From: the human T2T-CHM13v2.0 reference genome, Homo sapiens
Reading direction: 5' to 3' (one strand)
Assembly: GCF_009914755.1 (NCBI RefSeq)
Contig: NC_060928.1
DNA length: 64,000 bases
Shown: piece after piece, positions 27,646-40,199 of the stretch
Position numbering within the stretch: position 1 is the first letter of the stretch
Layout of the letters: each line of letters opens with the position of its first letter
The notes under the pieces: model-generated
The model's database searches: none
The model's input: only the letters and a program-made list of their open reading frames with translations
Told to the model about the DNA's origin: nothing
Program-made: the position numbers and the translations under genes

Positions 27646-28451
27646 AGGAAAATTAGATCCTGACCTGTTTTCCCCAGAACCCCGAATCCTGGTGATGGAT
27701 CGTGGGTTTTTTTTTCTTTTTCTTTTTTCCTGTTGATTTCCCACTCTTACTTCGTACAGTGTCCTTCTCTTTCAGCCTGCCAGCCTTGTACATTCTTTAA
27801 TTTAATCTGGGGTTAAGAAAATTCAATCACTGGTTTTCTAACTCTAGTAAGTAAGAATCTGTTTTCCTAATATTCTTCTACTTTGGCTTACTTCACTCAA
27901 AGCAGTAAAGAACTATGTCTACATATCTAAGGTGAGCAGGCAAGAATAGGGGAAGAACTCTGATGCATGCAGGAGGTTAGGCAGGAAATTGAAGCGCAGG
28001 GCACCTCTTCACACTGTGAAAGAAACCTTACCATTATTTACCTAAAATTCTTGAAAGAATATATGTGAAATGATTGTTGAAAGTTATCCCTTGCCAGTTC
28101 TGGAAAGGTAAATGGATGTATTTTTTATCTTATACCCATTGTTATTTTTGCACTTAAAAGAATTGCTCCCATGCATTAATTCTATAATAACAACAACAAT
28201 AAAAATAATTCAAATAAGAGAGTGCTAATTTAATGCAGTACTAAATATCCCATTGAAAATGAAATCCACCTAAATAGTCGGTGGTAAGAGGAACAAATAT
28301 GTATGTTTTAAAGCATATTATGATTCATTAAATAAATGTATAAATTTAAGACGAGATAAGGTGTTGGCAATTCTAATCCGTCTAAGTAGAAAACAGTAAA
28401 AAAGAGAAAGAGACTGGTAATATTTTGTGGATAATGTATATTAGATAAGTT

Positions 28452-28549
28452 TGCTTATCATAGGTAATGCGGAGATAATATAGACCGAATGTGTACTTGA
28501 GGAGATACTTTGTATAAAATCACTGTTAATGTGATCTGGATGGCATCTG
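28452..28549 (-). repeat. Left arm of a ~98-bp inverted duplication (partner 29747-29845)
   Basis: Manual alignment of its reverse complement to 29747-29845 gives 10 mismatches and 1 gap. Confidence 0.92.
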
Positions 28550-28735
28550 ACTGTGAAGTAAAGTTAGTCAAGATGTACCACATAACTATTTATATTTTTT
28601 TACAAGAAAGGAATTGTTTCTTGCCTTGTTTATTTTTACTTTTTTTAACACAGTGTCTGTCTCTAGAAATATTATATATTATACATTCTTTAATATTAAA
28701 ATATAATTTTGTTTAAAAACGTTATACATCTTTAA

Positions 28736-29052
<317 letters not shown>

Positions 29053-29746
29053 CTCTGGTCTTAAAGTTTCTGTGAGAAGAATACGTTGTAGTAGGAAAGC
29101 AATATGGAGTGATTATTTTGCATCATGCATAAGTGACCCATAAACTTCTATATTCCCCATAGTAAAGCAATGAATTCAGGGGATTCATTGTAATTATAAT
29201 TATGTGTTGAAATTAGAATAATTTTCACATATCCCTTTCTGTTTGAAATTCTACCTCTTCTCACCACTTTAGGACTTCATCCTCACAGGTCTCTTTTTTC
29301 CTTTTCATTTGTCTTCTCGTTTGAATAACTTCACTAGCATAAAGCACGCCCCCTACTCTCACAAAATCTTCCTTCGGCCACATGTTCCCCTACAACTACC
29401 TCCTAATTTCCCAGTCCTTTCCAGAGAAAATATTATTAAAATAGTTGTCTCTGGACATGTTCCTCATCTTCTTTTCCTCCTTGCATGCACTCAAGGGTAC
29501 CAATAACCTTTGTACTGGCTGATTCTTTTTCTCCCATTACCTTGAAAGTTTTCTGTTCTTGGCTCCTATGATGCAACACTTGCCTAAGTTTTCACCTACA
29601 TAGCATTTTTGTTTTTTCTTTTCTCATTTCTCTTTGTTAGCTCTGTCTTCTTTGTCCCACCTCTAAATACTGGAAAGATTGGTCTTGAAATATCTCCTCT
29701 TTTCTACTCGTCTGTTCCCGGGTAATATTATTTCTTCTCATGAGGC

Positions 29747-29845
29747 CAGATGCCATCCAGATCACATTAACAATAGATTTTATACAATATATCTTCTCAA
29801 CTACACACTCAGTCTGTATTATTTTCGCATTACCTATGATAAGCA
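29747..29845 (+). repeat. Right arm of the ~98-bp inverted duplication
   Basis: See 28452-28549. This copy is collinear with the surrounding L2 relic. Confidence 0.92.
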
Positions 29846-30132
29846 TCTCAAATGAAAGCGCAATCAAGCATTTTGTTCCTCTCCAGCCTGTTTCTCTTCC
29901 AGGCTATGGTGTCACCCTCCGCTCAGTAGCACACACAAAAAATACTGCCTTGATTTTTTCATTCTTTATGATCCCACCTTCCCTACAGCCCCTCCAGAAT
30001 CAAGATGGTCTTACTGCCAAAAAACAATCCGGCTCTTCTATTTTCTTCATCTCTGCTACTCATTCAAGTCATCTTCACCTCTCCAGCCCTAGATGTCTCT
30101 CTCCAGTTTTTCTCCTAACAGGCATTAAAAAC

Positions 30133-30345
30133 TTTTTTTTTTTTTGAGACATTGTCTCACTCTGTCTCCCAGGCTGGAGTGCCGTGGCATGATCTTGGTT
30201 CACTGCAACCTCCGTCTCCTGGGTTCAAGCGATTCTCCTGCCTCCGCCTCCTGAGTAGCTAGGATTACAGGTGCATGCCACCACACCGGCATTTTTTTTT
30301 TTTTTTTGTATTTTTAGTAAAGACGGGGTTTCACTATGTTAGCCA
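30133..30345 (-). mobile_element. AluS, 5'-truncated
   Basis: Poly-T, right monomer and linker, ending at tatgttagcca within the left monomer. Confidence 0.9.
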
Positions 30346-31169
30346 AAAAGCTGTTATAAATATATATAAGATTATGATTCTTATAGACTTAAAATTCTCT
30401 AAAGTCTCATATGTCATTGAATGAAATCCCAATTCCTTCCATTAGTCTAGAAGGTTCTACATGATCTGCCACTTGCTTACCTCACTGACCTTGTCATGTA
30501 CCATCTTCCTCATCAGTTAACTCCTGCATGGTGTCTTCTTTATAATTCCCAAACATCTTGGGCATGTGCCTTTCTTTCTTATACCATTTTCTGTCTAGAA
30601 ATCTCTTTCTTGAGTGTTTGCCATTATCTCTTTTCATTTAGCCCGAAGCTCCTCAAAATGGCTTTACTTTTCAACTCAATTTAAAACAGCTTCCCCCACA
30701 CACATTCTGCCACACACATATAAACTTGTGCACTTTTAAATAAAGATGGTAAAATATATAATGAAATTTAAAAAGTTAATTTTCTGCCGTCTTGAAGACA
30801 TTGAGTCCTTTAACCTTAAGACAACATCAGCTTTTATTTTGCTGCTATTTTTTCAGCTTAATAACATCCTCACTTTAAGACTGACAAATCCTTATTTTTT
30901 TCAAGAATGATATCACATTCACAAGAATGATAGGCTGCCTTTCTCAAATCATAAAGAAATGACCTGAATAGATACCCGACACACAGCAGGCATCTTATGA
31001 CAATAACAAATTCTGAGTCAGCTTTGTGTCAAATTAGCTACATTCCTCTTTATCTTGTCATACTCTAACACAGAAAGCAACAAGACTGCAAGGGTCATAA
31101 GTAATGTTATGAAACATGTGACTTTAGGTCACGTCATTAATAAACACCTTTTAATTTCACCTTCTGCAT

Positions 31170-31365
31170 CTAGTTTAAGAAAGCAGGTTGTTTTCAAAGT
31201 GCAGATTTCCTATATTCCCCATAGTAAAGCAACGAATTCAGGGATTTTTGCCTTTGACTTTTACTAACACATTTTTCTCTAAGTTTGGTAGAAGACTCAG
31301 AATTTGCATTTTTACTGTGCCCCTCAGGTGACACTTAGGATCAAAATTGTGTAAATGACTATATT
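31170..31365. mobile_element. MER5-like hAT DNA transposon relic
   Basis: gtgcagatttcc...cagaatttgcatttttactgtgcccctcaggtgac...aaatgacta resembles MER5A/B. Confidence 0.5.
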
Positions 31366-31410
31366 AGAGTTAAAAATTATGGTCATACTAACCAAAATTC
31401 TGTTTATAAG

Positions 31411-31707
31411 TTTTTTTGTTTGTTTGTTTTCTTTTTTAATGGAGTCTCACCCTGGCTGGATTGCAATGGCAGAATCTTTGCTCACTGCAACCTCTGCCTC
31501 CGAGGTTCAAACTGTTCTCCTGCCTCAGCCTCCTGAGTAGTTGGGATTACAGGTGCTCGCCACCACACCCAGCTAATTTTTATATTTTTAGTAGAGACAG
31601 GGTTTCACCATGTTGGCCAGGCTGGTCTCAAGCTCCTGACCTCGTGATCCACCCGCCTCAGCCTCCCAAAGTACTGGGATTAGAGGCGTGAGCCACCATG
31701 CCCGGCC
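31411..31707 (-). mobile_element. AluS (Sg-like)
   Basis: Reverse Alu with cctgacctcgtgatcc. Imperfect TSD ttataagttttt / ttacaagttttt. Confidence 0.93.
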
Positions 31708-31976
31708 CAGTTACAAGTTTTTAAGTGTTAAACTTAGTGGTTTAAAAACTGTAATGAGAATGGAACCTTGTAATAAATGTATGCCATCCTTAACCTTCTC
31801 GGTCCCAATACACACGGCACTGGTGGTACTGTCCATCATAAAGTCTGCTTGTCCTCTGGATGCAGGTGTGGCTCTGCGATACATGGCTGGCCACTGTGGC
31901 CCACTAACCAGTGTACTCCTATTAGTGATTCATCCAAACTACGGACAGCAGAGTCTGGCAGAGCCATCCTGTTTAT

Positions 31977-32082
31977 CACACACACACACTACACATACAC
32001 ACACACACGTATGTGTGTATGTTATATATATTTATATGAACACACACATATACTTGCACACACATACATGCATGCACACAAC
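31977..32082. repeat. Mixed (CA)/(TA)/(TG) tract
   Basis: Read directly. Confidence 0.8.
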
Positions 32083-32464
32083 ATGCATTCTAAGAGAGAG
32101 ACGGAAACAGAAAAATTAGCAAAAAAGAAGAACCATGTATCTCTGGATGTGTTGGTGCCTTTATAGCATCAAGTGGAAGAAGCCTGCTGAAGAATGAAGT
32201 CAACACAAAAGCAAACAGTGCTGGGATAAAGAAAGAGCAGCGAGATGAGATAACAGTTTTGAAATCCTGGATATATTTTTGCATGTGTGGAAGGTAAAAC
32301 TATCCTCTTGAATGTCCCAGTCACAAGCCAAAGTATCAACGCCTTGAAAGAGGTCTTCCTAATCGATCGTATTTGTGCTTGCATTCTTCTATTAATATCA
32401 CCTAATTAAATTTCCTTATATTTCCTTCAATATTTAAAATAGAATTCTTATATCTATAAAGATA

Positions 32465-32670
32465 GTTTACCTATGTTGAGAGCATACATCTTATGCACAG
32501 ACTTGGGCAGGTACTTTTTAGAATTGTCTCACAGAATCCTTATGTAGTAGGTTGCTGTTTTACAAATGATGTAACTGAGGCTTAGAGAGTTGAACGCACT
32601 TGGCCAAGATGAGACAATTTGTACATGGTAATTTTCAAATCCATGCTTCTCAGTACTAAGTTAATCTGCG
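32465..32670 (-). mobile_element. MIR SINE
   Basis: ttttacaaatgatgtaactgaggcttagagagttgaacgcacttggccaagat is the reverse MIR core. Confidence 0.75.
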
Positions 32671-33650
32671 TTTTTGTAGCACATGAAAAACATATTTGTG
32701 CTACTCAGGAGAGATAATTATGTATATCTCCACTTATCCAAAATATTTATAGTTAGATAGAATGACACCAACATTTAAAAGTGTTCTAGAATAAATTATC
32801 CTAAAATGGGTACATTAAAGATTCAAATATAAAACCTACTATAAAAGAAAGAAGACCAAATTGTAAACTATTTTTCAAAGGTAAAAACATCCTTTTTATT
32901 ATAGAGAGCAGTAAATTTTAAAGCTCTCATTAAGTATTTAAAAGTCATAAAGTTAAAATAATTTCTTAAGTCTTTTAGCAAATTGAAGAATGATCTCAGA
33001 GCTAATTGGAGAAATCCAACAAAATGAGGAATTAGAAAGGGTTAACTAATTCTTAAGGAGAATAGCATTTTAGGAAAAATGCACTTTTTAATAATGTATA
33101 CATTTTGATGAATTGTGTGTACTTTTAAAGCACATAAAATTCATTATAGCAAATAGACAAAAATTATAACCATCTCTCATGAGAAAAACTCTTGTGAAAT
33201 TAAAAATGTGCATGCATAATAGAAATTACTGAATTTCATCATCTATGAAATAGAATTATATTGCAATAAGAGAGTCTCATAAAATGCATCAGCTATACCT
33301 ATATTTTGCTACAAACAGCAAAAAACATCCCACAAATGAGAGGAAGGATCATGTAGTCACCATGAAAACTTGACCATATTACTTTTAAAAATAATATTAA
33401 TGTATAATGAACAGTTGTTAATTTTGGAAAAACAGGTAGCTATCTGGCAATATGATGGGATGAATAAGTTTTCAACACACATTTTTTTATCCTAGGAATC
33501 AAGGTAAAACCTTAATTTTTGCAGAATCTATGGTAAATAATATTAATTTTAAAAGCTACTTCTGGGCATAATGTTGCTACTCTTTAAAAAAAAAGCATAC
33601 ATACTAAGCAAAGTCTAAGCACATTTCATTTATATATATTAAAAAAGTGC

Positions 33651-35094
33651 TAGTTCTCCTTGTAGAGATCTTTTAACTCCTTGGTTAGCCATATTCCTAC
33701 GTATTTCATTTTTGTGTGTGGCTATCGTACATGTGATCTATTCTTGATTTGGTTCTCAGCTAGAATGTAATTGATGTACAGAAATGTTATTGATTATTGT
33801 GTATTTATTTGTTTCCTGAAACTTTACTGAAGTGCTTTATTAGTCCTAGAAGCCTTTGGCAGGGTATTTAAGATTTTTCTATGTATATAATTGTGTCATT
33901 AGCAAAGAACTATAGTTTGACTACTTATTTGCCTATTTGGATGCTTTTTATTTCTTTCTCTTGCCTCATTGTTCTGGCTAGGACTTTCATTACTAGATTG
34001 AATAAGAGTGGTGAATGTGGGCATCCCTGTCTTGTTCTAGTTCACAAAGTGACTGTTTTAAGCTTTTGCCCATTCAATATGATGTTAGCTGTGAATCTGT
34101 CAGAGATGGCTCTTATTATTTTGAACTATTTTACTTTAATGTCTAGTCTGTTGAGGGTTTCTCATTTTGAATGAATATCAGATTTTATCTGAAGTGTTTC
34201 TTCATCTGTTGAGATAATCCTATGGTTTTGTTTTTAATTTTGTACATGTGGTGAATCACATTTATGGATTTGCGTATGTTGAACCAACCTGGCATCCCAG
34301 GAATGAAGCTTACTTAATCATGGTGAATTAACATTTTGATATGCTGCTTGATTTGATTTACTAGTATTTTGTCAAGAAGTTTTGGATCTATGTTCATCAG
34401 GGATATTGGCTTGTTGATGTGGCTTTTTTTTTTCATTGTGTCTTTGCTAGATTTTTTTTTTTATCAGGATGATGCTGGCTTCACAGAATGAGTTAGGGAA
34501 AATCTTCTCTTCCTCAATGTTTTGGAAGAGTTTCAGTAGAATTTGTGTCAATTCTCTTCTTTGTATGTTTGGTAGAATTCGGCTGTGAGTCTATCTGGTC
34601 CAGGGTTTCTTTTGGTTGGTAGGTTTTTTCTTACTAATTCAATAATAGAATTTGTTATTGTTCTGTTCACATTTTCACTTTCTTCCTGGTTCAATCTTGG
34701 GAGGATATGTGTTTCCAGGAATATGTCCATTTCCTCTAGATTTTCTAATTTGTCTGCATAGAAGTGTTCACAATAGTTTCTGCAGATATTTTGTATTTCT
34801 TTGGGATTGGCTGTTATGTCATAATTGTTATTTCTGATTGCGCTTATTTTTATATTCTCTTTTTTCCTTTGTGAATATAGCTAGTGGTCTATCAATCTTG
34901 TTTATGCATTTAGAGAATCAACTCATAATTTTATCAATATTTTATATTGATTTTTATGTTCCAATTTTGCTCTGTTCTTCTCTGATTTTAGTTATTTCTT
35001 TTCTTGTCTTAGAGTTGGGACTTTTTTTTTCTAGCTCTTCTAGGTGCAATGTTAGATGATTAATTTGAGATCTCTCTAACTTCTTGACGAAGGC
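33651..35094 (-). mobile_element. Inverted 5' segment of an L1 insertion (decayed ORF2)
   Basis: Reverse L1 ORF2. The minus-strand ORF 34548..34730 ([14 protein letters not shown]...[17 protein letters not shown]) is an L1 ORF2p motif. Confidence 0.93.
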
Positions 35095-36809
35095 TACAAA
35101 ACACTGCTGGAAGAAGTCAGAAACAACAGAATTAAATAGAAAGGCATTCCCTTTTCATGGATTGGAAGAATCAGTATCATTAAAATGATCATACAGCCCA
35201 AAGCAATGTATAGATTCAATGATATTTCTATAAAACTGCTGTTGTCATTTTTCACAGAATTAGAAAACATTTATGAAATCTATGTGGAACCTAGAAAGAG
35301 CCTGAATAGCCAAAGGAATATGAAGCAAAAGGATCCAAGCAGGAGGCATCACATTACCAGATTGCAAACTATAATATAAAGCCACAGAAATCAAAACAGC
35401 ACAGTACTTGTACAAAAACAGACACATAGACCAATGGAATCAAATACAGAATCCAGAAATAAAGCCACACACCTACAATTATCTGATCTTCAATAAAGTT
35501 GATCAAAATAAGCAATGGGGAAAGGACTCCCTACTCAACAAATGGTGCTAGATTAACAGGCTAGCCATAGGCAGAAGAATGAAAGTGGATCCCTCTCTTT
35601 CACCATATAAAAAATTCACACAGGGTAGATTAAAGATTTAATTTTCAGACATTGAATTACAAAAATTCCAGAAGAAAATCTAGGAAGTATTCTTCCTGAC
35701 ATTCTTCTTGACATGAGTTACCCATCTTGACATTCTTTACCCATTTTGCAAAGAATTTATGGCTAAGTCCCCAAAAGCAATTGCAACAAAAAAGTTTACA
35801 AGTGAGACCTAATTAAACTAAAGAGATTCTGCACAGCAAAAGAAACTACCAACATAATAAACAGAAAACTTACAGAATGGGAGAAAATATTCACAAATTA
35901 TACATCCAACAAAGATCTAATATCCAGAATCTACAAGGAACTTCAATCAACAAACAAAAAACAATGTCATTTAAAAAAAATGCGTAAAAGACATGAACAG
36001 AAATTTCTCAAAAGAAGACATACATAAGTCCAATGAATATATGAAAAAAATGCTCATCATTGCATTTCAGAGAGATGCAAATCAAAACTACAATGAGATA
36101 TTGTCTCACACAAGAAAGAATGGCTAAAAAGTAAAAAAATAATAGATGCTGGTGAGATTTCAGAGAAAAGAGAATGCTTATACGCTGTTGCAGGGAACGT
36201 AAATTAATTCAACCACTGTGGAAAGCAGTTTGGAGATTTCTCAAACAACTTAAAATAGAACTATCATTCAACCCAGCAATCTCATTATTGGGTATATACC
36301 CAAAGGAAAATAAATTGTTCTACCGAAAAGACAAACGCACTCGTTATATTCATTGCAGCACTATTCACAATAGCAAAGACATGAAATTCACCCAGGTGCA
36401 CACCAATGGTAGATGGCATAAAGAAAAAAATAGTACATATACATTGTGGAATAATATGCAGCCTTAAAAAAGAATAAAATCATTGCTTTGAAGCAAATGG
36501 GATGCAGCCAGAAGCCATTATTCTAAACAAATTAACATGTTAACAGAAAACTACCACATATTCTCATTTACAAATGGGAACTATTGAGGACACAAGTACA
36601 TAAAAATGGGAACAGTAGACACAAGGGACTACAAAAGGTGGGAGGAAAAGAGGGGTGCATCGGCTGAGAAACGACCCGTTGGGTGCTATGCTCACCACCT
36701 GGGGTTATGCAATCATCTGTACCCCAAACCTCAGCAACACACAATTTACCCATGTAACAAACCTGCACATGTACCCCCTGGATCTAAAATATAAGTTGAA
36801 AGTATTTTT
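35094..36809 (+). mobile_element. L1PA15/16-like 3' segment (ORF2 end and 3'UTR), non-coding relic
   Basis: ORF2 motifs ([32 protein letters not shown]) with frameshifts. 3'UTR ...ccaaacctcagcaacacacaatttacccatgtaacaaacctgcacatgtacccc. TSD aagtgcta at 33645-33652 and 36810-36817. Confidence 0.93.
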
Positions 36810-36849
36810 AAGTGCTAAGGTTACATGCAATAGGAAGTTCAACAGTAGT

Positions 36850-37080
36850 ATAAATCAACAGACTCAAACTTAAAAACTTTCTTAACCATTTTACATAAAG
36901 ACTACCTTACTTTGGGCTAGTTACTTTCCATCTCTCTGCTGCTGTTTGCTCATTTGTCAAATAGAGATAATAATAGTGCTTAGCTTCAAAGGATGCTATG
37001 AATATAAAATAATAACATAAATAGAAGAATTTTAGCATAGCTCCAGAGCATTGTTCTTGTTCTGTAAATATTAGTGATGA
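36850..37080 (+). mobile_element. MIR SINE
   Basis: actttgggctagttacttt...ctgtttgctcatttgtcaaatagagataataatagtgct. Confidence 0.75.
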
Positions 37081-37429
37081 CACTCGTTAAATTATAATTA
37101 AGTGGATATAAACATAGACTAGAGAATTAATAATAATGAATAATAATTACAAACTAAGTTCAAATTTCTTCAGATATTCTGAAGTATATGTTTCCAATAT
37201 GGAAAATAATACTTGGTGAATTTTTTTATCTTCAGACAATAAATTTCCACCTTTTTTTGAGGCTGTTTCTAGAGATTGAACTGACAAAGTGACTTATGAA
37301 CCATGATTCTAGGATTAACAGTGTTGTATTTTTAAACTTCCATTCCTCAGACTTATTTAATAATTTTACTACCTTATATTATAGGATACAGTGATAACCA
37401 TTGTGTTATGTTTTATTAAAAAAAAAACT

Positions 37430-37730
37430 TGCTGCTTCTGTCTGATGTCAGAGTTGAATATATGACTGGTTTTGGGCCATGTAATGTTACTTGTGAGCAG
37501 AAACTTTAAAAGAATCAGCAAATGGCTTGTGAAGATCTCTTATTTCTCTGTCGTGAAAACAATGTGCCAGCTAGAGGTTGCTTCCTTAGTTTGACTTCAA
37601 AAGCCCATATGACATGGAGCAAAATTAAACCAGAGTCATGCTGGATATGAAAAAATAAATTCTTGTATGCCACTATTATTTATAGGCAAGCAACATTATA
37701 GTATAATCTAGCTAGTGGTCACTGAAATAG
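37430..37730 (+). mobile_element. MaLR LTR, MLT1I-like
   Basis: gcagaaactttaaaaga...tgccagctagaggttgcttcc...gacatggagca...aaataaat...gccact...actgaaata. Confidence 0.6.
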
Positions 37731-37869
37731 TTATAATAAATATTCAATTTTCCTTTATTTCCCTAAGCATCACTCCTCATTAGCTGTTCATAATCCTGCA
37801 TCCATCTGTAGCTATTAGGATTAAGTAGTAGACAAATAACAGAGAGAAATAAAATCATCTATGTGGTAA

Positions 37870-38800
37870 GAAAAGCTCCGTGACTCAGTGTCCCAAAAGC
37901 CAAAGGAAGTTCATGTGATCAAAGGGTCAACAGCCCACAGATGACCTCAGATGAGCCCAGACCAATTCAACTTCGGTTAAGCACATTGCACTGTGTCGAG
38001 GACTTGCCAAAATAGTAGAGAAACTGAGGAATAACAAAGTCCACATGTTTCAGTCTAACGAGAAAATAAAACATTTAAAATAGAGTAAAGGATCCTATAT
38101 TACAGGAAGACCTGGGAGTCAGCAACAGTACAACAAAAGAAGCAGTCACCTCTATACAGAAAACATTCATAGAAGATAGTATTGGAATGAATCACAGTGA
38201 CAGTAGAATGGAGTTACTCAAGTCAGGTAAGGAACTAAAACCAAATCACTGCATTTGACAATTAGCGAATACCAGTGGAACCATACTGAGAATATTTTCT
38301 GAGTAGATATGAGGGCAACAGTTTGATTTTAAGCAGAATGAGGACTCAATGGAAAAGAAAAGTGGATCAAATTAATGTAGCTATTTTTTGATGATGTTTA
38401 TGTATAAAAAATAGATATGATGCAGACTACAGGTGTATGCCAGGTTTGCTAAAATGGAATGGTTTATTAATGGAATGGTTTATTAAATTAGCATTTTGAA
38501 CAAAAGTTAAAAAAGTACATAATTGTTGAATCACAGTTCCAGATGAGATGTTAAATGATGGTATCAAAAGTCCAGGTCAGCAGGGAAAATAGTCACTCAT
38601 CTGAGACTAGAAGCAAAGGTATATGAATAGTTAAGTACAAAAGTAGTGGAGAGTTGATGTTTTAGATATTTTATGATTGGTGGGAAACTACATTTTTCTG
38701 GAAAATTAGATCCCAGTTTCATCTCTGGGGGTAAAGATGACAGAGCTTATGAAGACCTGAGGTGAATGGTACAGCTAGAGAATAGCCTATGAGTAGAATA
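37870..38800 (-). mobile_element. L2 LINE fragments
   Basis: Purine-rich reverse L2-like blocks (gtgtcccaaaagccaaagga; cactgcatttgacaattag). Very degraded. Confidence 0.45.
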
Positions 38801-39450
38801 GAAAAGAAAATAAATCAAATAAAGTCATTGGTAAATCTATATCAGAACAGTTGAAATATTCATTTCTTTCTTGCACTGCAATTCCATCTGCAGGACTTTG
38901 TTCTAAAGAAATAACCTGAAACATATAAAAAGTTCTGGGCAAATTTGTATGTCACAGTTGTATCTTGAGAAAAACTAGTAATGTCAAAACTATGATAATG
39001 GTTATAAATTTTATGATACTTCCTACAACCATTATAACTTCTTAAAAAGAGCTTACAGTGATATGGAAAAATACTTGTGTGCAAAGTTAAGTATGAACAC
39101 TATCCACATATATACTCATTTACTAAACATCAATAATAGGTCAATCAGTAGAGGGCATAAATATATACATATATTATGTATGTGTAAATATGATATGTAA
39201 TTATATAACATATATAATATATTATTTTTTCTACTTTTTTCTACACTGAAAATAGAGCACTTTTATAATAAAATAGGATACACCTTATGTTAAGTCATAT
39301 AGCCAAATGGCAGAAGATTTTAACAGATTGTTGAAAAGGGTTGTAGAAGCAACGCAATAAGGTTGGAGTTTGTGTGGTTATTCACTACTGAGAGTGTTAC
39401 TTCACATACCCAAAGTCATAAGGTATTCTTAATTATGAAAGATAGAAAGT

Positions 39451-39668
39451 GCAGCTTGTGCAACATAGGGAGCTCCCATCTCTACACATAATGTAAAAAT
39501 TAGCCAGCATGTTGACACATAACTGTGGTCCCAGCTACTAGGACGGCTGAGGCAGAAAGATTCCCTGAGCCCAGGAAGCTGAGGCTGCAGACAGCTGTGA
39601 CCGTGCCACTGCACTTTAGTCTGAACAACAGAGTGACACCCTGTCTCAAGAAAAAAAAAAAAAAAAAA
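39451..39668 (+). mobile_element. AluJ, 5'-truncated
   Basis: J diagnostics (tgagcccaggaagctgaggctgcag, ccctgtctc) and an A tail. TSD aaagatagaaagt / aaagataaaaagt. Confidence 0.88.
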
Positions 39669-39744
39669 GATAAAAAGTCAAAGAGAAAATAATCAAGTGT
39701 ACCAAAATGTTCATGAAGGTGACCATAGGTTAACCATACGAAGT

Positions 39745-39790
39745 CCAGTACTTCTCAAATTTTAATATTCACTAGACTCTCTTAGGTATC
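39745..39790. mobile_element. MER5-like element, left part (split by the MST provirus)
   Basis: ccagtacttctcaaatttt... terminus. The element continues at 42539. Confidence 0.5.
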
Positions 39791-40199
39791 TGTGTATTTC
39801 GATTTTTGTGTTACTATAAAGAAATACTTGAGGCTGGGTAATTTATAAACAGGTTTATTTTGGCTCATGATTCTGTGGGCTGTACAAGAAACATGCTACC
39901 ATTATCTGCTTCTGGTGGGGGTGTTAGGAAGCTTACAGTCACGGCAGTGACTGGGAGATAGGCATACCACATGGTGAGAGTGGGACCAAGAGATAGGGGG
40001 AGGTGCCACACTCTTTTAAACAGCCAGATCTCACATGAACTCAGAGCAAGAATACACTCATTACCACAAAGATGGTATGAAGTCATTCATGAAGAATCCA
40101 CCTCCATGACACAAACACCTCCCACCAGGCCCCACCTCCAACATCGCAGATTACATTTCAACACGAGACTTGGAGAGGACAAGTATTCAAACTGTATCA
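39791..40199 (-). mobile_element. MSTB-like MaLR 3' LTR
   Basis: ctataaagaaatacttgaggctgggtaatttat...acacctcccaccaggccccacctccaaca...actgtatca. Preceded by TSD gtatc at 39786-39790. Confidence 0.92.

Larger units (their letters stand above)
29250..30700 (+). mobile_element. L2 LINE, degraded, interrupted by an Alu
   Basis: cttggctcctatgatgcaacact...aagcatctcaaat...aatgaaatcccaattcctt...ctacatgatctgccacttgcttacctc follows L2 order. Confidence 0.65.

Noticed and set aside
33881-36467. ORFs with reverse transcriptase/ORF2-like peptide motifs
   Set aside because: They are short frameshifted pieces of a dead, truncated L1, not a functional or domesticated enzyme.
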